In this document: positions 12,407 to 23,787 of the stretch, one piece after another | Layout of the letters: the number at the start of each line of letters is the position of its first letter | How positions within the stretch are numbered: position 1 is the stretch's first letter | Origin: Sminthopsis crassicaudata | Lineage: Eukaryota | DNA: 64,000 nucleotides | Reading direction: 5' to 3' | Assembly (NCBI RefSeq): GCF_048593235.1 | Contig: NC_133619.1 | Location: 268,598,454 to 268,662,453 of the forward strand | The notes under the pieces: model-generated | Seen by the model: the letters and a program-made list of their open reading frames with translations, nothing else | What the model was told of the DNA's origin: nothing | The model's database searches: none | Made by a program: the position numbers and the translations under genes

Positions 12407-13475
12407 TACTCTACTGGCTAACTCACCTTCTTCCACCACTATTTTTTGTATTGAAATGGTAAAATGTGTATTGAATGTGCATATGTAAACTAGAAATTAA
12501 TGAAGTAGTCCATGAGAGTAATGCCCATGTAAAGAAAGAGGCCTTCCCTTAGTGAGAGATTATCATGTGGGGTTCCAAAGGAGACAGAATAGATATTTTT
12601 AGCCTCTTCTTCCCACCCTTTTTGGAGGGAGATTTTCATTCCTTCCAGGACCGGAAAAGGAAGTTGGGGCCAGAGTCCAGTCTGCTCTTCTTAAGGAGAG
12701 CTGGAATTTTATCCTTCTCTTAAGTATTATTCATCTAGGGGTTATGATCAAGTTCGTTCTAACTTCTGATAGTTTTGTCATTTGGAAGGTGGGAAAGGAA
12801 GACACTAAGCTTTATATCCAGGTATTGACTCCTTTCCTATTTAATACAAGTTCTACAATGAACATACCTAGAATATAGCAAAGTAACCCATTTATCCAAA
12901 TCACAGAAAACTAGAAATCAGAGAAGATATCCATAGGAGAATATAAATCAGACAATACATAGTAAAGGAATTTTCCTACTGGGATCAAAATAATCTGATG
13001 CATCTAAGAGAGAGATTTCTAGATCTCACTTAAGGAGAAATTCACCCAAAGTTCTAGTGTAGTGAGCTGGGGATAGTGACATGATGGATATTGTCAGCTC
13101 CTCCCAGGTCTTCCCAGAGTTGTTTTTTTTTTTTTTTTCCATAACTTAAAATTATGTGCCCAAAGTTACTTAGTATCAGGAAGAAGACTCCCCAAAGGAG
13201 ACTAAAAGGAGAATGGCTGAAGCTTGAACTCTCTCATCTCTCAGCAACTCCAATTCTCCTATCATGCAGGCCAGGGCCTTCATCTTCACCATTCAGTAGC
13301 AATGATACCAATGGGCTTTGGGACATCAGTTATACCTATGAAGCTCAAACTTAAGGTCCAGATGATGAAAAAAGAGATCTAAATCATTCTATCAGTGAAA
13401 CTTAATGATCATAAATCATTTAGTTCAATTTACTTGAAAAGTGATCAGATAATCTTTGTTATCTAATTTATAAAG

Positions 13476-13621
13476 TCATATTGTTTGTTAGATGCATGGC
13501 ACAATGCACAAAGAACAATATTCTAGGAAGAGAACACTTAGGATCTAATGTAGACTCTGTCACTTAATATCATATTGTTTGTTAGATGCATGGTACAATG
13601 TATAAATAATACTCTAGGAAG
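13476..13621. repeat. Imperfect ~50-bp direct repeat, 94-bp offset
   Basis: tcatattgtttgttagatgcatgg(c/t)acaatg...tctaggaag starting at 13476 and 13570. Confidence 0.85.
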
Positions 13622-13724
13622 TATACAATCTTGGGTTAGCAGACTTCTTTGCACTTTAGTTTCTTTATCAAGTAAAATGATGAAATAGACAAGAATAAAT
13701 ACAGAAAATATTTTAAGAAAAATA

Positions 13725-13925
13725 ATATTTAGTATTTGCATAGCTCTTTAAGATTTGCAAAAAAACTTTGTATATATTAAATAAGTCGATGAACTAGTTG
13801 ATATTATTTCCATTTTACAGATGAGGAAACTAAGGACCAAAGGAAATTGAGTGACTGTTCAGGGACACAGTGAGTGTCTGAGGCTAGTTTCTAATTCAGC
13901 TATTTCTGATTCCTGGAACTAGCAC
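13725..13925 (-). mobile_element. MIR
   Basis: ccattttacagatgaggaaactaagg core on the reverse strand, with tail and head remnants. Confidence 0.8.
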
Positions 13926-15253
13926 AACAACCTGGTATACACTAGAGGTATCTAGTCATCTAAACATTTTAACACAATGTCTAAGGCAGAATGATAACAC
14001 TAAGAAATTACAGGCAAAATGGAATCTTGAGATCTTTCTTGCCCCCCTTTTTTTGGGGTGTTCAGGCAGGAAACAGGACTTTTGAATTAATGTGATAAAG
14101 GAAAATCCATCCATGTAGGCTGATAACTGCTGATTTTGAGGCCTTAGAGAGTTTCTTGGGTTTGAGTCAAGGAAAATCTGTTTGACCAGCATGGCCCACC
14201 TCTGTTGTTACCCCTACAGCCTCATCAGTCTTTTGTTGGAATGCTATTATAAGATTTAAGCCTCCTACTTCCCTACTCCTCATTCCCTACTCTTTAGTAG
14301 AAAATTTCAATTTAAAAAAAAATTTAATTTTTTTGTAATTTGATAAAGGGTAATTTTTAAAATATCATTTTATTGGAACTACAGATAACAGGACAGTCTC
14401 CCATTGGTATCATACTGACTCTGTCTCCAATGATATATAAGTTTGTCTTCATCTGGGGTGATATGCAGAAAACCTTCCTGAGACATAGGTAGCCCTAAGG
14501 CCCAGGGGCAGCACAGGGTCACATTTGAACCATTATAAAGACATCAAAATTATCTTCAGACTCCAGGTTTCATTTGGTGATTGACCAGGAAGTAAATGAA
14601 TAACAGTTAAGAGTTAGAGCAGAGCTGCCATTTGATAAGAACAATTTTTTTCTCCCTTTTTGTGATTTTTATTTTAGAGGAATGCTAAATAGTTCTCCTT
14701 TGCAAAAGAAGCCTGGATAAATCTGTTCCCAGGAATAGTACAGTTACAAATGATTTAGAGCTTCATTTTTTGATGCAGCTGTTAAGAAACTGAGATTTTA
14801 GACCTTTGTTGGAGTAGGTGGGCTCAACTGCTCAGCAGTTTTGATTCTGTCTTTTAATTTCAAATCCATTTAGTAAGTGTACTCTAACCTAATATGGGTA
14901 TTTAGTTCTTTGTGGATCCCTAGAAGCTGGGAAAGACATTAGAATCTTAATGGTGATGGGAGCAGGCAGTCCAAGTAAGTTATGATAATCTATATAATTA
15001 TTCTCTCCAAAGCAAACAAAATGAGATAGAAATAGCATTGATTTCTAAGGTGGGAGATGGGGACCCAGAATGGTCTGGTCTAATCTGTGCAAAGGGAAGG
15101 AGCTACAATAGCTCAAAATTTGAGCATCATCTCGAGGCTCACATAAACATTACATTTGACACAACTACTAATATAAAAGAAGTCACTCCTGTGGAGAGTG
15201 ACATATACCTATGGCTATACACCATACATTACAGTAGGGTTTGGTACATTTAA

Positions 15254-15497
15254 GGTGGTTAGATGGCACAGTGGATGGAGTGCTATGATTGAAGTTAAAA
15301 ATATCTGAGTTCAAATCTACTCTTAGACACTTAATTGTTTGAGCCTGGGTAGATTACTTAATATTGTTGCTTCAGTTCTATTTTCTGTAAAATGAACTAG
15401 ACAAGGAAGTGGCAAATCATACCAGTATCTTTGTTAAGAAAATCCCTAAAAGGAGTCACAAAGTGTGGAACACAATTGAAATGACTAAACAACAAAA
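15254..15497 (+). mobile_element. Mar1 SINE, near full length
   Basis: ggtggttagatggcacagtggatgg head; RTE tail ggaagtggcaaatcataccagtatctttg...gactaaacaacaa. Confidence 0.85.
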
Positions 15498-15499
15498 TG

Positions 15500-15660
15500 A
15501 TGGCATATGTCAATCACAATCTCTCTGTTGGCTTAAATACATTTAGGAATATATTTTGTTTTTGGATACTTTGCTACAATAAAAAGAGCTGCTACTAATG
15601 TTTTTGCACATGTTGGTCCCTCCTTTATGATTCCCTTGGGATAAAGACCCAATAGTGGTA
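15500..15660 (-). mobile_element. L1 ORF2 3' fragment
   Basis: Resembles the 23260-23390 segment of the young L1 (gctgctactaatgtttttgcacatgttggtcc...cttgggataaagacccaatagtgg). Confidence 0.65.
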
Positions 15661-16510
15661 CAAAGAAGTAATATTAAATGTCCTCAATATAAACAAAACA
15701 GACTGATCTTGAAGAAAGGATGTAAAACAAATACCCAGGCAGCCTCTGCAGGAGACACAATGGAAAATAGGGTCTGTATGTAGAAAATAGTCCTCCAGGC
15801 AGCCCACAGAAAAGTTATAGCAAAAGGCAAGGTCAGTAATGGGCTATTCTGGCAGTTTGCTTAGTAGGACACAAGTACCATAGTAGGATACAGGGAAGGT
15901 AATTAGGCATTCTGTGCCAGGACTGTATCAGGAGACAGGGCTTGCAGGAGACTTGCTACTGATGCACTTGATAACATCCAGCTTTGTCAGGGTCATAGCA
16001 AGGAATGGAACCAACTCTAAGTTGGGGACTACAAGAAAGACATGGACAAGAGGAAAGGGCTAAAACCCTTGTTGAGCTTCAGGAGATGGAGGCAGAAGGC
16101 AAGAATTTCCATAGAAGGTGGATTCTGTGAGACCTAAATCCTCCATATAGAATGTCAGAGGCAATAGCATTCAGACTTCAGAAGAGACACAACCAAGCAG
16201 GACTTTATCATCCAAACTAAGACACTGAGAGAAAGAAACAGAGAGAATATAGTCTGAACTGGGCACAAAATCTCAACTAGAAACTAATCCTGGAGATATG
16301 AGTAAACAGAAACAACAACAAAACACTGAACATGATTTAAAAAAAAATACTAGGAGTTGAAAAGAAGTCCAAAATACATACCCAGAAGAAAAAAGTAACC
16401 ACATAAATTCAAGAAGATTCTAGATATGGGTCATAAAGAATCTTAGAATATGTAGAAGAAACTTTTAAAAAAAAATTATGTATGAGCTCTATTTAAAATT
16501 GTACATCTAA

Positions 16511-17095
16511 GTGGAATAGTTGATAAAGCCCTGGGCTAGGAATAAGGATGACATATTTCTGAGTTTGGCTTAAGACACAAGCTGTGTGATCTTGGGCAAG
16601 TCACTTAATCACTTAACTTTGTTGAGCTGGAGAATACGTAGTAATTCCTGAGAAATCCTAAGGCTACCAGTCCTTGGGAGTACCCCCAACTAATGCTGGC
16701 TATAAGAGAACAACTTATTGGTCAGTAAGCCATGGAATCCAATAATGGGAATTACCTCACTCCTACCATTTCTCAACAACACCTCTAAGCCATAGAATTA
16801 GCATAACAATCTAATCTTTGTTCCTCTATCCTATAAAATTAAGTTCTTATTTCTATCTCTTTGCTAGATTCCCTTGGAACTTTAGTCTGTTTTGTTGCAA
16901 TCATAATAAATCTTTGCCCCTTAACTTGGAGATTAACTGAGTGTGTGAATTCTTTTACCATACTCATAACACCAACGAGGTGACCCTGATATTATTGGGG
17001 TATTTTTTTGCCTCAACAAAACTACTCCAGCATTCTTGCCAAGAAAACCCTAAATGGAATCATGAAAAAATCAGACATAATTGAAAAACTAACAA
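16511..17095 (+). mobile_element. Mar1 SINE split by an LTR (16511-16634 and 17019-17095)
   Basis: ...gagctggagaa | aaactactccagcattcttgccaagaaaacc rejoins as the Mar1 tail with a few bases missing. Confidence 0.7.
16635..17018 (+). mobile_element. Solo LTR-like insertion (~384 bp)
   Basis: TATAAAA at 16832-16838, AATAAA at 16905-16910, ends in CA and interrupts a SINE. 5' TG and TSD are not clear. Confidence 0.65.
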
Positions 17096-17415
17096 GAGGG
17101 GGGAAAAGACATTTAAAAATTTAAAGAAGAAATAACAGGAAAAAAGGGTAGAAAATCTTATAAAAGTAACAATTTAAAAAAAAGAACAGAGCAATTAGAA
17201 CCAAATGACTCCCTGAATCAATAAGAAAAAAAAGATCAAAAGACTTTGTGAGAACACAGTGAGAAAGATAGACTTCAAATATCAACAAATGACAATCAAG
17301 ATTACACAAGACTATTTTATAGAGAAAATCTTGGTTATTCAATATTCTAAAAGGCAAGAAACAAAGGCTTATAACTATAAAAATATTGACCTGAAAAATC
17401 TGGATATAAATCCAC

Positions 17416-17452
<37 letters not shown>

Positions 17453-17701
17453 TTTAACAGAACAGAGAACTTTCAAATATTGCTAATACCAGTATAAGAA
17501 CAAGTCAGAATTCTTGAAATGCAAACACAATAAAGAGAAAAGTAGGAAAGGTAAATATAGTTTAGCAATAAAGAAAGATGAAATTTCTCCTTCAGATACT
17601 TGACAATTACAAGCTGTGTTTTCCTGAGCAAATCTTGCCTGGCCAAAAAACAGCCAAACAAAAATAATCATGGACTTAGAAGTGGCTTGTTTCCATACTG
17701 C

Positions 17702-18065
17702 TGTGATGTAAATTGTGTCCCCTTTAACCTTTGGTGGGGGGCCCTAAAACTGTGTCCTCTTTAATATGTGGGAGAAGGGAGAAGGGTGATTTGGGGTCTG
17801 AAACATTCCTTTAGAAGGAACATACCATTCTGTCCATAGGGGTAACACCCAGATAAATAATCTCATTCAATTTTGAATTGAATTGAATTGAAAATCAGTC
17901 TCTTAGATTCATCTTGAGTTGGCCCCCACCCTGAGGTTAAGATATTTTCTTCTCAGTGCAAACCCATCTCTGCAATAGTCCTGACAGAACCTTGCCCACT
18001 AAGAAAACTGTCTTCTTAGCAAAACCATCCTGCCAGGATTCTTTGCCTACTAAGAAAATTCATCA
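17702..18065 (+). mobile_element. LTR fragment related to the 18566 LTR
   Basis: tg(tg)atg...catca ends; cagaaccttgcccactaagaaaa resembles caggaccttgccaccaagaaa at ~19012. No clear TSD. Confidence 0.5.
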
Positions 18066-18264
18066 CTTGGTTGTAAGAGAGGTAAGAAAGGAGACAGAAA
18101 AATCTTATATACCAGGGATGAAATGAGGAAGAAAGGGTAGGAACTTTTTTCATAATTGCCATTCATAAGAATATACAAAGGTGGATGAGGAGGGGAATCA
18201 TCTCTAGAATGTTAGTCTTATCTACAGTAGGAAAAGGAGAACTGGACATAGACACAAATTGTTT

Positions 18265-18561
18265 TGATGTGGTTGGGATAGCAATACCTTATTCAAAATA
18301 AACATATGACAAACTCACAATAGCCATTCTCTTTGACAAAAGATAGATTTATTTAGGGGAATAGGTTACAGATAAAATGAAGGAATACAATAGACACTAG
18401 AAATGATAAATATGCAATAGAGTTTGGAGAGTGTCTCGTTAGAGAGGAAAAGAATTTGGAAGAATCCAATAAAAGAATATGTCATGAGACTTAAGCATAC
18501 TATTGATTGGCAGGTTAGACTGACCACAGAATTAGCCAGAGTAAGGAGGAAAGTGCTATTA
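18265..18561 (-). mobile_element. LTR 3' fragment
   Basis: Minus strand has AATAAA (plus tttatt at ~18349) and ends in ...catca at 18265. Confidence 0.4.
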
Positions 18562-18565
18562 GAGG

Positions 18566-19315
18566 TGATGAGGGGACCCCAAAACTCTCTGAAAAGTCCT
18601 TCAAGGAGAAGTTGTCCTTGAACCCTTTCTCTCTGTGAGACCTGCCCCAGGAACCAAGATAAAGTGGTTTTTCTTGGTGGGACTAGTTGAAGTAATCTCA
18701 TTTAGCTAGATATCTAGATTTCTATTGACTCCTATTGTTGGCTCAAAAGCACTCCCAGTAAATGGTCTCTTCTAGGCCTAGGGCAGTGACAGCATTGAGA
18801 AAATCTCCTTCGATTGAAATTTCTGTCTCAGATTACTTTATAAAAATGGCAACTTGGGGTTCAGTCCTTGCAGAGGACCTAACATGCCATGCAATGCATA
18901 GCAGCAACCTCTGCCTGCTGGAATGATATTCTCTTTATCCTCACCCATTTCCCTAACAAGATTTTGTACTTCTCTGTCAGAATTTCTCTACTAGAAACTT
19001 TACTTCTCTGTCAGGACCTTGCCACCAAGAAATTCAGTTTTTCTATTCATGCATAGCAAAGGCTGATTTCCCAATGCCAATAATAAACTTCTTTTTATCA
19101 GTCTAGCTTTTTGGGACAGTCAATTCCTCTGTGCTTCCAGAAGGGGGCTCCTGCAACTCCCTACCCATATGCCAAATCCTAAAGGGGATTTAGGGGAGCC
19201 AAACCTCTTCATTTGATTCCCTGAACCCCAAACCTGCCATCATCTCATCATTTAACTCCCTGACCACCAGGAACCCTAATCTCATCATTTTGATTCCCTG
19301 AATCTAATCTCATCA
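18566..19315 (+). mobile_element. Solo LTR (750 bp), 4-bp TSD, ERV1-like
   Basis: Terminal inverted repeat TGATGAG...CTCATCA; TSD GAGG at 18562-18565 and 19316-19319; TATAAAA at 18839-18845; AATAAA at 19082-19087. Confidence 0.9.
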
Positions 19316-19389
19316 GAGGGAAGGCACTATGAGAAAGTAGAGAGAATAACCTCATTATGGGTTCAGTCAACCTGCTCTCAAGGAACTAA

Positions 19390-19570
19390 CAAACTGTTTA
19401 CAGAAGCAATATGCAACCAATAGTGTGGAGGTGAGGCAGGATAAATTGGAGATGATCTTAGAGGGATAGCATTAGCTTTGAAAGAGTAGAGGAAAAAGCT
19501 TCCCTCTCAAAAAAGGGTAGGATTTTAGCTGGGATTTGAAGGAAGCTGGGGAACTTAGGAGATAGATATG
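19390..19570 (-). mobile_element. L2 fragment
   Basis: aagcttccctctcaaaaaagggtaggattttagctgggatttgaagga resembles the reverse-strand L2 3' region. Confidence 0.55.
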
Positions 19571-19914
19571 AGGAAGTTTAGTGGTTATTTTCAAAGCTTA
19601 GTCTCTGGGGGCTATCAGAGTACACAGCTGCTCCTGAAGCAAGAAAATATCTCAGACACCATTCTTTCCCATTCCCTTTGCCTAGTTTGGAAAAAGAGGC
19701 AAATATTTAATGGGGGATGTTTTATGGATATATGGAGATAGCTATGATCTATTCTGTGGTACTCACCCTTTTATAATGACTTTAAATACCAGAAGATATG
19801 GTCTGTTCAGCTGTATTGGGCAGTACTTCCTTTCAAAATGACTTCTCCATTTAGAATGAAATGGCTACACACTGAAATGGCTAAATACCAAAGACAAAAA
19901 TTTGTAGCCTGATT

Positions 19915-20100
19915 TTGTTAATAATAGCTGACATTTACATAACACTTACTATGAGTATGCTAAGTAAATTATATCTTATTCAATTCTCATAACAATCCTG
20001 TTATTGTCTTTATTTTACAGGTCCATACATTTAGTAAATGAGACTAGATTTGAACTCAGAACTTCCTGATTCCAATGCTACATCCACTGTGCCACTTCTT
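19915..20100 (-). mobile_element. MIR
   Basis: aataatagctgacatttacataacacttta...ctcataacaatcctg...gatttgaactcagaacttcctgattcc. Confidence 0.75.
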
Positions 20101-20494
20101 ATGGAAGAGAATATTCTGTACAATGTCTTGTTGAAGCAACTTATTACAAAACAACTCCCCCCCACCAAAACAAATGATTTAAGAAAGAAACTCGGTATAT
20201 AAAAAAACTTCAAATCCATGTGATCTTCATGAAGCAAACCAGCATCATCCTGTGACTTTAAGTCCACTTTTTTCTTTACTAGCCAGCTGACTGAATCCCT
20301 TCTCACCAAGAAAGGATGAGTTGTCATGGAATACAAAAGCTTTTCTATTTCAAAGATTATTAATTTTTTTAATTGAGAAGTCATCCCTTTATACCGCCCC
20401 CCTCAATGCACAGAATAGGTAATGAAAACCATCATTTTATTACTATAAGAATTGATTAGTAGAATCATTCCATGAAGACTCTTTCATGCCTGCC

Positions 20495-20497
<3 letters not shown>

Positions 20498-20565
<68 letters not shown>

Positions 20566-20666
20566 GTTTCTGTCTCTCTGTCTCTTTTTCTGTCTCTTTC
20601 CCTCTTTCCTTCCTTCCTCCCTCCCTCCCTACTTTCCTTCCTTCCTTCCTTCCTTCCTCTATCCTT
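20498..20666. repeat. Compound (TC)n/(CTTC)n polypyrimidine microsatellite
   Basis: Directly visible; runs into the assembly gap. Confidence 0.95.
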
Positions 20667-21082
20667 NNNNNNNNNNNNNNNNNNNNNNNNNNNNNNNNNN
20701 NNNNNNNNNNNNNNNNNNNNNNNNNNNNNNNNNNNNNNNNNNNNNNNNNNNNNNNNNNNNNNNNNNNNNNNNNNNNNNNNNNNNNNNNNNNNNNNNNNNN
20801 NNNNNNNNNNNNNNNNNNNNNNNNNNNNNNNNNNNNNNNNNNNNNNNNNNNNNNNNNNNNNNNNNNNNNNNNNNNNNNNNNNNNNNNNNNNNNNNNNNNN
20901 NNNNNNNNNNNNNNNNNNNNNNNNNNNNNNNNNNNNNNNNNNNNNNNNNNNNNNNNNNNNNNNNNNNNNNNNNNNNNNNNNNNNNNNNNNNNNNNNNNNN
21001 NNNNNNNNNNNNNNNNNNNNNNNNNNNNNNNNNNNNNNNNNNNNNNNNNNNNNNNNNNNNNNNNNNNNNNNNNNNNNNNNNN
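20667..21082. other. Assembly gap (416 N)
   Basis: N run. Confidence 1.
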
Positions 21083-22624
21083 CAAGGATGGTGAATAGAA
21101 AGATTACACATGAGGGGAACAGTAGGGTATAGAATAACTCTGCACACATGGGAAGAACCATCTAAAAGTGAGTAGATAGTTTTACTGGTAAATGACTCAA
21201 CCCCCAGTCATTGGCAGTTCTGGGATTTAACATTTACTTTAATAGCAATGACTTTCCTTAATATAGTTGATCTAATTCTAGTTCTTTCAATTCCTCTATT
21301 TCTCTCAATGTCATTATCCATATTTTCCTCCATTGTTAAAGGAAAAAAATGACCCTCCTCATTGCCAGAAGCGATACCTCCATCTGAAGGCTTGTTTCCA
21401 TTTTCTTGTCTTCTACCTTCAATCATTCCATCTATTTTTCTTTCTATTCTTCATTTTTAGTCTTTCCCTTTCTATGAGGGAGAGTTTTATTTTCTTCACC
21501 AACTAACTTGTTCATACTTCCTCTATCCAAAATTAAAATTTAGAATATTTGTGTATCCTAAATACACAAAATTCCTTCCTTTATCACTTACCCTTTCTTT
21601 TTTCCCCGTCACTAGTACTTAATCTTCCCAAATACACATAAAGATAATTTCCAAGATTAATTTTGTAAAATTTTGTGTTTCAAATTTTTCTCACTCCCAT
21701 ATTTACCTCCTACCTCCCCAAGAGAGCAAACAGTCTGATATTGATTAAACATATTTTTATCCTTTTAAACATATTTCCATATTTGTCATGTTATGCAAGA
21801 AAAATCAGACCAAAGAGGGAAAAAAAAAACCTAGGAGTAAGAAAAAGGAAATGAACAAACAAAAAGTGAAAATATTGGGCTTTGATCTATATCCAATAGT
21901 CATAGTTTTCTCTCTGAATGTGGATGACATTTTCCATTCTAAGTCTATTCTAAGAATCACTGCATTGCTGAGAAGACTCAAGTCTATCAGTTGAACACCA
22001 CATAAAATTGCTGTTACTGTGTACAATGTTCTCTTGGTTTTGCTTACTTCACTCAGCATTAGTTCTATAAATCTTTCCAGGTTTTTCTGAAATCAGCCTG
22101 CTCATCATTTCTTATAGAATAGTTACATTCCATTCCACTCACATCGTATAACTTATTTACCCATTCTCCAGCTGATGAGTATCCACTCAATTTCCATTTC
22201 CTTGTCATTACAGAAAGAACTGCTACAGACTTTTTTGCACTTTATTTTGCATTTTACTTCTTTTATGATCTCTTTGGGATACAGATCTAGTAGTGACACT
22301 GCTGGATCAAAGGGTACGCACAATTTTACAGCCCCTTGAAAAAAGTTCAAAATTGCTCTTCAGAATGGGATCAGTATACAACTCTACCTACAAATGTACT
22401 AGTGTCCCAGTTTTCCCATCCCCCCCTCCAACGTTCACCATTATCTTTTCCTGTCATCTTAGCCAAACTGAGAGGTGTGAAGTGGCACCTCTTAATTTCT
22501 TTTTTATAGCATCATATTGAAGTCACCTTATCCCTACTCCCTCTAACTGCCCTGACAAAGATAGAATTCTCAAAAGTTACAAGTATCATCTTCCCATGTA
22601 AAGATATAAAAAGTTTACCCCTTT

Positions 22625-23787
22625 TTTTATTAATTTTTATAATTATAACATTTTCTTTGACAGTACATATTCATAGTTAATTTTTTTTTTTTTACAACAT
22701 TATGCCTTGTATTTCCTTCTATTCTGAATTTTTCCCCTCCTTCCCTCTACCCCCCTCCCCTAGATGGCGGGCATTCCCATACATATTAAATATCTTATAG
22801 TATATCCTAGGTACAATATATATGTGCAGAACTGAATTTTGTTGTTGTTGTTGTTGTTGCAAAGGAAGGATTGTATTCTTAAGCTAAAAATAATCTGGGA
22901 AGAAAAACAAAACAAAACAAAACAAAACAAAACAAAACAAAACAAAACAAAACAGTACTCATAGTTTATACTCATTTCCCAATGTTCCTTTTCTGGATGT
23001 AGCTGATTCTGTCCATCATTGATTAATTGGAATTCGATTAGCTCTTCTCTATATTGAAGATATCCACTTCCATCAGAATACATCCTCATATAGTATCATT
23101 GTTGAAGTGTATAATGATCTCCTAGTTCTGCTCGTTTCACTTAGCATCAGTTGATGTAAGTCTCTCCAAGCCTCTCTGTATTCCTCCTGTTGGTCATTTC
23201 TTACAGAACAATAATATTCCATAACATTCATATACCATAATTTACCCAACCATTCTCCAATTGATGGACATCCATTCATTTTCCAGTTTCTAGCCACTAT
23301 GAAAAGGGCTGCCACAAACATTTTGGCACATACAGGTCCCTTTCCCTTCTTTAGTATTTCCTTGGGATATAAGCCCAGTAGTAGCACTGCTGGATCAAAG
23401 GGTATGTACATTTTGATAACTTTTTGGGCATAATTCCAGATTGCTCTCCAGAATGGTTGGATTCTTTCACAACTCCACCAACAATGCATCAGTGTCCTAG
23501 TTTTCCCACAGCCCCTCCAACATTCATTGTTATTTGTTCCTGTCATCTTAGCCAATCTGACAGGTGTGTAATGGTATCTCAGAGTTGTCTTAATTTGCAT
23601 TTCTCTGATCAGTAGTGATTTGGAACACTCTTTCATATGAGTGGAAATAGTTTCAATTTCATCATCTGAAAATTGTCTGTTCATATCCTTTGACCATTTA
23701 TCAATTGGAGAATGGCTTGATTTCTTATAAATTAAAGTCAATTCTCTGTATATTTTGGAGATGAGGCCTTTATCAGAACCTTTAACT
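22625..23787 (-). mobile_element. Young 5'-truncated L1 (~1.16 kb) with ~15-bp TSD
   Basis: TSD AAAAGTTTACCC(C)TTT at 22609-22624 and 23788-23802; right flank ttt|aaaa fits the L1 endonuclease TT/AAAA site; polyT at left end. Confidence 0.95.
23073..23787 (-). CDS. L1 ORF2p C-terminal fragment (~238 uninterrupted codons, no own start or promoter)
   Basis: SDKGLISKIYREL...MQIKTTLRYHYTP...CWRGCGKTRTLMHCWWSC contains the L1 ORF2 CX3CX7HX4C motif. The first ~8 residues of the tracked ORF come from the flank. Confidence 0.9.

Larger units (their letters stand above)
15700..18260 (+). mobile_element. L1 5' half (5'UTR, ORF1, inter-ORF) interrupted by a SINE and LTRs
   Basis: ORF1 start-like atgagtaaacagaaa at ~16299; degenerate ORF1 C-terminal half KITQD...YSKRQE...LDINPQG at 17259-17486; inter-ORF-like sequence at 18080-18260. 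Confidence 0.65.

Noticed and set aside
14380-14540. Minus-strand YNGSNVTLCC resembling a cytokine-receptor Ig-like strand
   Set aside because: In-frame stop immediately upstream, no acceptor, and the downstream residues do not fit.
20465-21161. Five long ORFs of 162-225 aa
   Set aside because: Artefacts of the N gap and the (TC)n repeat.
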